A DNA stretch of 64,000 nucleotides, taken from Nageia nagi (lineage: Eukaryota > Plantae > Pinophyta). Positions 39,599 through 52,520 of this stretch are shown here, piece by piece (positions within the stretch are counted from its first letter, which is position 1; every line of letters begins with the position of its first letter). The stretch spans positions 104,532,001 to 104,596,000 of the forward strand of contig JBITNC010000001.1 of assembly GCA_050084985.1 (NCBI GenBank), read 5' to 3'. The position numbers were made by a program, and so were the translations under genes. The notes below the pieces were generated by a model. The model ran no database searches. It worked only from the letters and a program-made list of their open reading frames with translations, and was not told the origin of the DNA.

Positions 39599-41019
39599 TG
39601 ATGTACCTTGTATAGGTAATTATTTTTTATCCTGGTATCATTTTGAATCCCTTTTTTTAGCATGTGCAAAATCAAATTTCCTATAATTTGGTAATGTTTC
39701 CCATGTGAGATACATTTGAGGCCTAAAACATCCATCTTCATGCCAAAATTTAGATTTTAAGTTTGGTTTATATTTTTAGATTTATAATAATTACATGTGG
39801 AGGGGAAATTCAAAACCATGTGCTAAAACCATGTGGTATTACTTGTACTTTAGCCTATTTAAAGGCTAAAAGCTTATTGAAAAATATAGTGGATTTTTTG
39901 AATTACATCAAATGGTATCAGAGCAAGTAGAATCCTACCTATAATAGAGGGATTACCTATTGTTAGTCCTCCCTCTTTTTGTTTGACTAATTTTGCATAT
40001 ATATGGGTGATATATTTTTTAGACATGCATGTAGGTTTTGAAGGACCTAGATAGTTGAAGAATCTTCAAGAGAGGATTTGAATAGATCTGTATTTTTGGG
40101 TGTGAGATATGTTAAAATTTGGATCAAAATTGTAGTTTTTCTTACATCTAGATATTATTTTTTTTTAAGGATGACCATGTTTTATAGAAGGCTTATGCAA
40201 CCTTGGAAAAGAGAAATGGGAGTGTTTAGGTGATGTAGGTGGATGGGATTTGGAAAGCCTATGGATTTGGTATTATCCATAAATACTTAAAGACTACTAG
40301 TGCTTGGTGTGAAAGTACTTGTAGAAGGCTTTATGTAGCCTTGGAGGAGAGTTTAGATGATGCAGGTGAATGGGTATTGAGAAGTCTATGAGTTCAAGTG
40401 TTAGCCAGAAACATTCACAAATTTGCCTTGCATATTTCTATCATTTTGAAAAGTCTTAGGGTTGTGTATTAGCTATAAACATAGAGGGTTTATTGTTAGC
40501 CATAATCACCTAGGTTTGAGTGTTAACCATAAACATCATGGGTTGAGTATTCTCCTTAAACATTGAGGGTTAAGTATTAACCATAAACACCACATATTCA
40601 TCTTACACATTGCTCTTAGTAATTCTGTTGAGGATTTATTCTTGTTCATGGATGTGATCACTTTCTAAAATTAGAGGAACTCAAAGGATGAGTTCTTTTT
40701 CACAAAGGAGAATGATGTACATTGCAAAGGTCATAACTTTTTATCTAGATATCATTCTAAGCCCATTTTATTTTAGCACTTGTAGAATTAAATTTTCTAT
40801 AATTTAGTAACATCTCCTATTAGAGACATGTTTGAGGCCTAAAACATCCTTCTTCATTCCCAATTTTAAGTTTAGGTTATATTTTTAGATTTATAATAAT
40901 TGCATGTGAAGGCTCAATTCAAAAGTATGTGCTAAAACCATGTGGTATTACTTGTATTTTAGCCTATTTAAAGGTTGAAAGCTTAATGAAAAACATAGTG
41001 GAGTTTTTGAGTTACATTA
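39599..41019 (+). mobile_element. TRIM (non-autonomous miniature LTR retrotransposon), 1421 bp
   Basis: LTRs 39599-39910 and 40713-41019; PBS TGGTATCAGAGC 39913-39924; PPT AAAGGAGAA before 40713; AAAAA TSD on both sides; ~800-bp non-coding interior with internal repeats. Confidence 0.9.
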
Positions 41020-43353
41020 AAAAAGGTTATAATGAGCATTGGGATGGTGGAATCCCTAAAAGAGCTAGAAGGTTTCTCTTTCCAAGGTAATACCTCATGT
41101 TCAAATGAAGAGAGCTCAGAGCTAGGGACAAATATGAGCATAGTGCTCAGATCAAGTCAAAAATAAATGAACATAAGTTCATGGTAGATTCATCATATGG
41201 TAATAATATGTAATTCCTTTCAAGAAAAGATGGCAAGTCTCTTGGCCCAAGCGAGGATGGATGTGCAAAGAAATTGAAGGATTCAAGAAATATAGTTGGC
41301 ACTTCAAGGTTAAAAAAATATGGAATTATGGAATCCTGTAATCCCTCTTACAAGTTGTTGAGCTTAGTTGAAATACATATTAGGATCTTTAGCTTTCTCT
41401 TAAAGGTGAAAAATAAGATTGAGCTCCAACTAGAATATCTGCACCTATTTCTATTGGATGAAGCTTCTAACTAGTAGTAGTTTATTCTCTTTAAATTCAT
41501 TTTGTGTTTGGAGATTGTTTGTTATTTTTAAATAGAGCCATTTAGTGTTTTATTCTTTTTGGTATGGTTTATGGCTAATTAGAGCATTAGATCACATATA
41601 TATTTTCTTCCTTTGAGTTGTATTGAATATCTTTCATGATCAAAATTGTATGAGGGGGTTGGGATCTTCCCAAAAATGCCCAAAGTTTATTTTATTTAAT
41701 ATAAGAAAAAAAAATACATCTCAAACTAGATAATAGGGATGCATTTAAGGAAGATGAGATAATATAGAAAATATTTTGCAAAGGAAGTACCAGATTATTC
41801 ATTGATGCTTTGAATCTTCCAATGAAATTTGTTCTTACAAAATTGCTAATTCTTGGGATGAAGGAATAGTGATTGTAGCTAATACACATTGTGTGATTAA
41901 AACATAACTAATTATAGCTAATATAAGAATGATGAATGTAGGTCTAAAATATTCTAGAAAAATAATATCAACTAAGAAGATATCCAAAAATAATATGAAC
42001 TTGAGGAATAAATGTTGAAGAAAATCAAATTTTGGTATAAAATAGAAACTCTTGCAAATCGGTGGGATGAAGTCACTAAACAAATTATCAAATAGATTAC
42101 TTTAAAATGGATATATATAAAAATATTTGGCTACCACTTCATCTTGCTATCCTACTTATGTGGCATATTTGAGGTAAACATCACCTCACTTCCTCTTTCA
42201 TTATTTGGATATCTATCTTAAGAGGAATTGAAGTGTCCTTGTTATTTACTAAGACTTAATTAAGATCTTAGTAATTTATGTTATTGAGGGATCTAGATTT
42301 GTAGCCTTTGTACATCAAGTTGTATATTCATCATCTACTCATGCTACTAATTTCCTTACTCACCAATAGCCATCCCCTCCACCAATTCCATATCTCTCCT
42401 TACTTCCATGACCTCTAACTTCTCCACCTCCTCCCTCTTCATACTACTCCATCCCCCTTCATATAATTTCCTTGCATACCCATCAGTCCCTCCCTCACCT
42501 CTTATTATCCTTAGATGCTTCTCTTTTTGATTCTCCCATCCTTGATCCAATCTCTCTTGTACAAAATCCTATATCTAACATACAAGAGATTAAATTAAAA
42601 GGAATGTCCCATACCCATAAATGGATATCTTTAGGTTTTGAGAAATCCAATAACATGAATAGTTTTATTCTTGAGGAATCAATAAGAATATGGATGGATC
42701 AAAATATAAAGAAGCTAAAAATGGAGAAAGGATTATGCTTATTTTTTAAAAATATTGCATGTTGGAAAGGTCATAGTGGAAATATGTTTACTATAACAAA
42801 GGCATTACAAATCTAGTTTGATGATGAATATACAAAAATAATGGCTATATCCAAGGAAAAAGAAATGACCATAGTTATTATCAATGTGAAAGATATTCCT
42901 CTAGGAGAACCATTGATGGATAATAAATAAATTACCAAGGTTAAAATGACTGCAATATGGGAATTCATGGATTTGGGTAGATTAGACTTACTAACATATC
43001 ATGGATAGATTGACTTGGATAGTTGTATGTAAGTAGTAGATTCTAGAGAAGGCTCTAGTAGTCATATCTATCCTAATACCCTGAGTTTTCTATATTGGGA
43101 TGATTAGAATTTATTTGTAACATTGTTACACTTGGATACAATCGTAAAGATCTAATGGAATTTTGTAAATACAAGTTTTTGATCATTGTAGAAAAAACCC
43201 TATTATAAATTTACCATTACCAAAAAAATAGATTTTAATTTTATAATAATAAATATAGATATTTAATCATAATTATATTTTTAAAATTATTTATTTTATT
43301 ATTTAATATTATCTTAAATAAAGTTTAGCTTGGATTTGGTTTACATGCATGCA

Positions 43354-43356
<3 letters not shown>

Positions 43357-43398
<42 letters not shown>
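43357..43398. repeat. (AT)n microsatellite
   Basis: Perfect AT run. Confidence 0.95.
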
Positions 43399-43401
<3 letters not shown>

Positions 43402-43910
43402 GATTTTCTAAAAACTACATTATACATCATATATCTTTGTGTTATTTGTATATAATTGAAACCTATCCATCTACTTCTATAAAATTATGAAAGAATATGA
43501 TATTTTATTGTATGCATATTTTCTTTTTTGATATCAACAATAGTTTTTTTTATGTTTCTCCAAATCCCTTTAATGGCCAATCCAATCAACTATTGTAAGG
43601 ATAAACATTTAGTTTCATTTGGAAATGAGCTTTTAATTCTTACAATTTAATCTTGTATAGGTCATATATTTGATTTTCTTGTAATGGATGGACGTCCATA
43701 CTATTTTTGTTAAATTTTGTGGACATGACATACTTATGTTAGATAGTTTTGAATCCTTTAAATACTACCTCCTTCCTTAAGTAATGTATAAGGATGAATT
43801 CTATTATATTTCAAATCATTTTTCACTAGCAAGAGAAAGAAAATATACTAAAACTTTTCCTTCCATTTTTCTATTTATATTTTCCATTCTAGGAGTGTAG
43901 TTATTGATAA

Positions 43911-44702
43911 ATTGAGTAAGTGCAAGAGGATGAGTCCCACTTTCGAACAAAAAGTGGAAGTGTTTTCCTTGATTTTTCAGGTTTGGTGACACTTGATCTT
44001 AAAATTTTAAGTTCTTAGATAAAAATTAATTTTAATTTCAAATATATAATTTATTCCAATACCCAAAAGCTAAAAATTAATGTTTGATAGGTATGTTTAC
44101 AAATCACTATTTAAAAAATACAATTTCATAACTATACCCCATTGTGTTCGGCAAGTATAATTTGACCTAAATTAAAATACTTTTTAAAATCCTTTTGGTT
44201 AAAGATACCTAACAAACTAAACTAAAGATTGTGCAAGATATTTTTTTGTAATTTTTTCATGAATATATTTTTTATTAATTTTTTATTGGCATTGATTATC
44301 ATTTCAAAAAGTGCTTGTTTCCATCAATCATAATTTGACCTAAACTTATTATTTTTTATTTTTATTTTTTTTTAAATTGTGAATAATTGTATTATAAATT
44401 GTGTACATATATTATTTTTTTTACAATTCCAAAAAATAAAAATGTTATTAAACAAATAGGGAACCTATTATTTAAAAAATATAGTTTTAGGACCATACCC
44501 TATTGTGTCCATCAAGCATAATTAGAATTAAATTAAAAAATAAAATTCTTTTATAAAAATATACCTAAGACTTAAATATTTTTCATAAATGTACTTTTTA
44601 TTAAATTTTATCAGTCTTTTTTTTGTTTCAAAAAGTTCATGTCCATCAAGCATAATTTGACCTAAACTTATCATTTTTAATTTATTTTTTTTAATTTTGA
44701 AG

Positions 44703-44765
<63 letters not shown>

Positions 44766-44861
44766 TTCCAAAAAAATTAAAAGCTATTAAACAAATACAA
44801 AAACCTAGCAATTCCTAAGACTTCCTCTAAAGTGGGATTGATCTTCTAAAACTTACCCAAT
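43911..44861. mobile_element. Non-autonomous TIR-bounded element with internal tandem units
   Basis: 43911-43946 matches the reverse complement of 44826-44861 at 28/36 positions. The internal motif CATCAAGCATAATTTGACCTAAA occurs four times in two ~350-bp units. Confidence 0.6.
44706..44762. repeat. (TA)n microsatellite
   Basis: Perfect TA run. Confidence 0.95.
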
Positions 44862-45663
44862 CACTCTTTTACTATTATATATCATATATGGATTTGTATA
44901 AATATTGTATTCATCTATTTCATGTAATTTTTATTAGGTATATATTATTTTAAATTCAATTTCTTGTACTATATTTGAAAATTACAATTGTTGTCTTAAA
45001 TTGTTCTTTTATGGATTGATTTTCTTTTAGGGACTCCAACTTTCATTATCAACCTTAATTTTAGGTTTTTTTTTTTCTGATGATGGTTCTTTTAGATAAA
45101 TTTGCAATGATATAATATGTATAATATTTTATATACAAATCACCACCACAATCTATGATTTCCCATAGTGTACTTATCCAACCATTCTCAAGAGTAGTCT
45201 ATGAATACTTCCTTTTATATCTATATATAATATGATACCCTTTGCATATAAATTTTTATATTATCAACATGTTCTTTTAGCATTATTATTTTAGTCCCAA
45301 AATCATCATATTCTGATGACATAATATATACCTTATATATCATATTTGTAATAGTATATATTATAACATAATTTATCATAGTTTATCTTTGGAAAAATTG
45401 GCACTCTTTGGTGACTATATTATTTTGAGAATATCTTGGTGAATTTTTCATTAATCTAGCAACCTCAATTTCAAAACTAAATTATCAAATTTCTACTTAT
45501 TAGATTAAGAAATATGAGTAACCATTGAAAATATCTCTTTGATCTCTTTCCTCCCATATATAATACTTACTTTTTATTAATTTTATATATTTTTATAATT
45601 TTTTCATATCAATTTTTTTCTTGAATGTTCTAAATCAAATCATGCAATTGTTGTCTCAAATTC

Positions 45664-46488
45664 TTCATTTGGTTTCAAATTTTGTTCATTGTAATGGGTT
45701 AGAATGGATGAAAAGAGTGAAAACATAATGCAACTAGATATTCCCATATATAATGGTGAATATTATAAATATTGGAGTATTCAAATGAGAATATCTATAT
45801 CTCTCAAGAATTATAAAATATTATCTCACACAGTTATAAAGAAGTAGATGCAATAGTAATTGCACTTTGTATAGTTGATGAGAAGAACAAGCTTTTGGAG
45901 ACCAAAAATAAGGACATCAAATCCATTTTCACCATAAAAGTGGTATTGATATTTCCATCTTCCCTAAGGATGTAGAATACAAATAGTCTAAGGAAGCATG
46001 AGACACTCTTGAGAGTATCTATAAGGAATCTTCCAAGATAAAAGGAGTTTAACTCTTATGCAATGACTTTGAATCCTAGAAAATGAATGATGATGAGACC
46101 ATTGAAGTATTCATAAATAGAGTTTAGGTTTTAATATCTATCATGCATATAGTGAGGCACTAGATGATACTAGGATCATGAAGAATATTTTGATAAGCCT
46201 TACCATGAAATTTGATCCTATCATCATTACCATTGAAGAGTCTCAATATATATTTCAATTAACTATAGTTTATTTTCTTATAAGCTTGTAAACATATGAG
46301 TAGAGATTGAAAGATAGTCTAAAAATCTTGATCAAGAATTGTAAGGTAAAATTAGGTTTAATTACCATCCATTAGCTTCAAAAGAGTCCAGTTCAAAATC
46401 TTTGTCAAGATACTATGATAAATCAGGTCATGGTAGAGGTTGTGGAAGAGGTATTTGTAGGAGAGGAATAGGAAGGTAAACTAGAAGA
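45664..46488 (+). mobile_element. Copia gag remnant (family B), interrupted by a family-A LTR
   Basis: Degenerate PBS TGGTTTCAAA ~45670; PIYNGEYYKYWSIQMR ~45745; KFDPIIITIEES ~46210; RGRG-rich end abutting TGTTAAAATTTATAAT at 46489. Confidence 0.75.
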
Positions 46489-49400
46489 TGTTAAAATTTA
46501 TAATACATTATTGTATGATATCTTAATGTGATTCACTTAATACTTAAAGATATTCCTAGATACCTTAAGTATTTAGTGAATGTAATAATATACCTTATCC
46601 TTTACTACATCTCATGAGCATGCCCCTTGGGTAAATGGATAATGCATGTGATGAATTTGTACAATGGTTAATAGCAAGATCCAAGGGAGGATTTTGTCCT
46701 ATAAATAGAGTTCCCTATCCTTGAGATTACACATTTGGAGAAGCATGAAAATGCTATTCTTATAGAGTTGTAAGAATGCTCTTGTAGGAGTGTTGTAGGA
46801 GAATTCTTGAGAATTTGTAGGAAAGTTAACTTTTGAGAAACAATAGAAAAGATGGTTCAAGTGGATGTACTCATGCTAACACCTAAAAAGGAATTTTAAT
46901 TTAATGAAAATACCCTTTGAGGTATTTGAAATAATTTATTTAATTTATTAGATAAATGCTCTTTTCCATGTGCACTCTCATCTACCTTTATGTTTTATGG
47001 TAACAGGTTGGCTCGGCATCACAATAAGCCTAAGGAGAAGCCTTAACACAAGACCTATTTCCTATAAAGGTGGATGGGTTATGCAAAACCAAAGATACTA
47101 CATGACATGGTATGACATAATCCTAAATCCTTGATAGATGCTAATATACTTATGTTAATCTTGACTAGTGTTTCTTAATGCCACCTATCATCTTTGGATT
47201 TTGTTACACTTTGAGCTCTATAGTCTTGCGATCTTTCATCCCTTTGCGAGCAAGATTCAATGAATTGAAGGTGGGAAAATAATATTGAATGAAACAAAAA
47301 AGTATTTTAGAATGGTAATTAGGCATTATCACTAAGTTTTTGGCATTATCATTGGGTTGAGGTTGGATTGGTGGCTCCATGTTTTGGGGAAGCTCATCAT
47401 TTGTCCTCTTTCAATCAAATTTTTCCTTCATTTGTCATTATAGGTAAAGTACATGTTTGTATCTTTTATAAATCTAATTTTGATAGGTCAAGGTCAATTA
47501 TATCATTATCATCTTTAATGTCATGGATTTCTTATTATTCATAATTAATTGGTAAATTTAATTATTCTATAACTAACCCTAATAATTATTATTTTGATTA
47601 TAAAAAATATTGAAATCGACATTGTTTTGACATATTACATTTTTCTATGGAATCTTTCCTTGGTTTTTACTTTCTCTTTAGCTATGATGATTCTTTAAAT
47701 TTTTATTACTTGAAAATTGTTGGATTTGAAGAAGATTTATTTTTGGTGAATTTCATTTTTGGAGAAAATCCTATATTTTGAAGGTCATTTTGTTCAATTT
47801 TGCGCATTCTAGCATTGCAAAAAAAAACCCATAGATAAATATAATTGGAAAATTTTATGATTTTTTGTCCTTAAAATTACATATTTTGATCAATATTGAA
47901 AAATTTTTGCAGAAAAATATCATATTAAAAAGCCTTAAATTTTGAACCTATTTTGTAATTATTTGGTGGTTTATTTTATGATAAAAACTTATCCTAACCT
48001 TAGATATATGTGATTGGGAAATAAATGGGATTATTTGAAGTCTATAGTTGAATATATTTTCCATTGTTGCACCAAAAGCCTTAGGGTTTTTAGATAGGAA
48101 TAATATTACATTTCAAGTCTTTTACAAATGGAACTAGCTGAGTTTCTTGCCATGGTCAATAGCTTTGACGAGGTAACCAGAGATAATTTGAAGAAGATGC
48201 TTTATGTAAATGAAGATAGAAGTGAAGGCTTCAACATTGGTGGAAATAATTAGTCTATTGGAGTTAATCCTCCTATTTCTAGGGATTTCAATATGCTATG
48301 TGATGAAATTTGGAACACTAGGGCACCCAACCTTCAAGTGGAACCAAAGTTTGATACATATTTAGGAGAAGGAGACCCTATGGATCATGTCAAGGCTTTC
48401 AAGATAAAGTTTGAATTAAGGTTTAGATAAAGTGATAATTTAGTGGCCAAGTATTTCCCAAATACCCTTCATGGTGATGCTTTAAATTAGTACTTCTCTT
48501 TACCCTCTAAGTAAATTAATGATTATGGTGTAACTCATATCTGAATTTTATATGCATTTCAAGTATCATACCCTAGACAAGTTATTATTTCTTATTTAAT
48601 TAATACTAAGCAAAGACCAAATGAGAGATTAGAAAAATTTATCAAGAGGTTTCAAAATACATAGAGTATGTTAAAAGAACCTTTATCAGAAATATATGTG
48701 ATTGCTATATTTATTAAAAATATTTTTTTAATTGAAGTTTATAGCTATGGATTATATGGATTTTTCTTTTCATGATATTGTCCATAGATTGATTCAAAAA
48801 GAGAAATGCATGGTGGAAATGGGAAAATTGAAGTATAATAGTAAGTCAAAATGTCATAAGAAGCCATATCAAAAGAAGGAAGATAAGCATGTTTGAGCAG
48901 CTGATAAACTGAGATATGACAATCCAAGAGGTACTAAGAAAAAAGAAGATTTGAGACTCCCTCTCCCTCCTAAGGTCATGTATGAAGACAATGATTTTTG
49001 ATTGAGCCATATCAAATACAAGAGCTAGGAGAAAATGATCTAAAACCAAAATGGTATAATGAAAATGTTTATTGTCTTTATCATCAAGTTAAAGGTAATA
49101 GGACTAATGGTTGTATTACATTGAAGAATAATCTACAAAACCTCATTAGTAATGATAAAATTAGCTATGATCCAAATGGTAATGAATATTGTTATGAATC
49201 TAGTGAAGATGGTTTTCAATTCAATAACATAAGTGCCAATATGCTCCAAGACAATCCCTTAATAATTTCATATTCAGAATTTGATCAAGATGAAATAAGT
49301 GTGTTCAAGTTGCTCCAAATCTCTGCTATGCACAAAGAAGCTTACTTACATATTCTTAATAATATGAATGTATACCCTCATATTTTATTATATAAATTTT

Positions 49401-52400
49401 TAGAAATGATCCAACCACAAATGAAAAATACTATCAAAGATAATGAGGTACCAAACAAGGAACATAAGCTAGAAAAAAGAAGAAACAATTGAGCAAACAG
49501 AGCAAGAACAAGTTTTAAAAATTGATAGAGGCCTAGGAGTAGCTACTTTTATTGATAACAGAATTTAGGATGAATTTAGGAAGTTTGATGATATGCACTA
49601 TTTAGAAGAAACTAAGAGATGTCATTTAGAAAAAGAGGAAACCCAATGATGTCTCTCCATAAATGAAGTTAATTACAAAATGAAAAAAGTTTAGGAGGTT
49701 AGATATATGGAGATAAATGAAAAAAATGAATCACTTTCACCAAAATCAATTGTAGCATTTTATGAATATCCTAAAAAGCTAAAGAAAAAGAAGAAGATAA
49801 AGAGAAAAATGAACAACAACAACAACAACAATAGGAAAAGGACAAAGTATATAGTAAAAGATAAAGATAATTTTGAAAAGATTGCTATGATAGGTTCAGA
49901 AACTTGTTACTCTTGTATTCAAGGATATTAATGCTCTTTCTAATTTTTGGAGGCAGAAGGTCCCGAAATTCAAAGGTAAATTCAGTTATTATTCTCCAAC
50001 TTGATCTTTGTAATTCATTTGATTATCCTTCCCTTGGGTACTTGGGGCAATAAGTATAATGATGATTTTATTTTATGATGATCTTTCTAGTTTATTATTC
50101 ATGTTGATCATTATGCTTTACTAATTATGATGATCCTTATAGCTTGATAGTTATGCAATAATCATATGATGTGATGAGCTAACAAGTTTTGTATGAGATA
50201 TATACATATCATAATCAATGTTATGCATCTAAAAAGGTTATATGCTTAATATGTTTTTCATATATGTATGTATTTTCTATGTTTCTTATCACTAACTTTT
50301 CAAAAAAAATTCAAATTATCCTAGCAATGTCACTTTATTTCAAGTGATGCTGCAACATTATGGAGGTCAAATTAGTCATTTTTGTAAACTTTTGAGCTTT
50401 CATAATCAATAAAAATATGAAAAAGAGCATTCATTTTTGTAATTGAGTTCTTTATCCTACATCACTTTTCTTATTTAAATGATTGAAATTCTTCATCATT
50501 ATTGATTAGCATATCTTATCATGATTTTTATTAAATTAGTTACATATCTTGTGATGTTTTTAATGTTTGGAAGTTAATTTTGGCAAATGAATGTAGTTGA
50601 GAAGCATGTTCTAAGGATATCTTTGTTACTTGAAAATGTTTAAAAGATACTTTTTCAAATTATTGTTTCTTTTTATGCTTTCCTTAACTAAAATTATAGG
50701 AAATTAAGTGGTAAATCCTAGTGATGTTGTTAGGTCTTGAGTGACACCAATGCGTTATTCAAGTGAAAATCATTCAAATTTTGTAAATTGTATTTTCCAT
50801 ATCATATAATATTATCTTTTTCATATCATGCTTCTCATATCGTGCTTATTACATTATACTTATTATGCATTGTTTATCATGCTTATCATATATATCATTA
50901 AAATGTTTAATATATCACATTGGTTATCATACATTTATTGTCATTTCTTAATTCTATGTGAGTGATCTTATCTGTTAAATGATATTTATCATATAAAATC
51001 TTATCACATGTTCAAAATGCTTTTCATATCATATTGTTGCTCTTATCATTAGCTTCCTCTATAAGGGAGGGGAACTCTTATCATTTGATGCTTTTGTAAG
51101 TAAGATTCAATCCTATCATTTGGTGCCTTTGTAAGGAAGGGTCATTCATATCACAATCCATGGCAACATGATAGCTTTGGAAACTAAGATAATCATTTTA
51201 AATTGATTATTCATTTTCATCAAATCTTGATGGGTAAGTCACCAAGGATATGTTTTCTTTCTTATCATACTTTCCATATCATGATGCTTAATACATATAT
51301 TTGAGATATCTTACAAAAAAATGTTTCTTATCTAAGCTCTTTCTAGGTACCTCTTTCTTTACCTTGGATTGCTCCTATGATAAGAGGTCCATCATGTCAC
51401 AACCAAGTCAAAGAGGGGGCATAATATAAGCAAAAATTGGGGCATATGAATCTTCTTCTATGTCACAACTTTTCAAAGAGTACTTTCTTACTTTTCTTGT
51501 TATACCTTAAATTCATGCTTTGATTTTTTTTGTCTCAAAAGCATCAAAACATATTCAAAGTAGGGCATTTGTTAACACCTAAAAAGAAATTTTAATTTAA
51601 TTAAAATAACCTTTTAGGTATATGAAATAATTTATTTAATTTATTAAATAAATATTCTTTTGCATGTACACTCTCATCTACCTTTATGTTTTATGGTAAC
51701 AATTTAACTCGACAACACAATAAGCCTAAGGAGGAGCCTTAGCACTAGACCTCTTACCTATAAAGTTGGAGAGATTTTGCATGATAAAATATATAAAATG
51801 ACATGACATAATCCTAAATCCTTGCTAGGTGGAAATATACTTGTATCTTGATTAGTGTTTTTTAATGCCACCTATCATCTCTAAATTTTGTTATACTTTG
51901 AGTTTTACATTCATTTGATCTTTCATCCCTTCTCGAGCAAGATTCAATAAATTGAAGGTGGGAAGATGACATCAAGAGAAAGGGTGAGGCATTATGGAAT
52001 GGTAATCAAGTGCTATCATCGCTACCATTGGGTTGGGATCAGATTGGTGGCTCCGTATTTTGGGGAAGGTCATCATTCATCATCTTTAGATCAAATTTCA
52101 TCTTTGTTCATCATCACAAGTAAAGTACAAATTTGTATCTTTCAAAAATGCAATTTTTATAGGTTAAGGTGAATTAGGTCATTATCATCTTTCATGTCAT
52201 TGATTTTTTGTTATTCATAGTTAATTAGTGAATTTAATTATTTTATAATTAATGTTAATAATTATTATTTTGGTTATAACAACTCCCATAATGGAGGAAC
52301 CACTATCTATGGTGTGTCTCATTATGCATGGAATTATATTTTTTATGTTGAAGATTTATGGAATCCTTCAAGGTGATCTTGGTTATGGAATCCTTTAATT

Positions 52401-52520
52401 TCATTATTTGGTATCAAAGCTTGGTGTGAAGGCTCCTTTCCATTCTTGAAAGTCATCATCTTCCATTTTTGGAGGTTCATCTTCATCTTTGAGAGGTAAA
52501 ATCTACCTGAAGGTATAACC
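46489..52520 (+). mobile_element. Family-A-related copia 5' LTR (46489-46873 + 52282-~52406) split by a gypsy insertion, followed by PBS and leader
   Basis: Rejoining the flanks restores GTGGATGTACTCC...TGGAGGAACCAC. PBS TGGTATCAAAGC at 52409-52420 is followed by TTGGTGTGAA, as at 20358. Confidence 0.85.
46874..52281 (+). mobile_element. Gag-only Ty3/gypsy (Tat/Ogre-like) LTR element
   Basis: LTRs 46874-47605 and 51570-52281; TSD ACTCA/ACTCC; capsid-like PKFDTYLGEGDPMDHV...KYFPNTLHGDAL (~48345-48490); CLYHQVKGNRTNGC knuckle (ORF 48998-49492); PPT-like AAAGTAGGGCA. No PR/RT/IN recognised. Confidence 0.88.

Noticed and set aside
40299-40316. GCTTGGTGTGAAAG in the TRIM interior matching the copia-A post-PBS sequence
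   Set aside because: Short isolated match with no extended homology.
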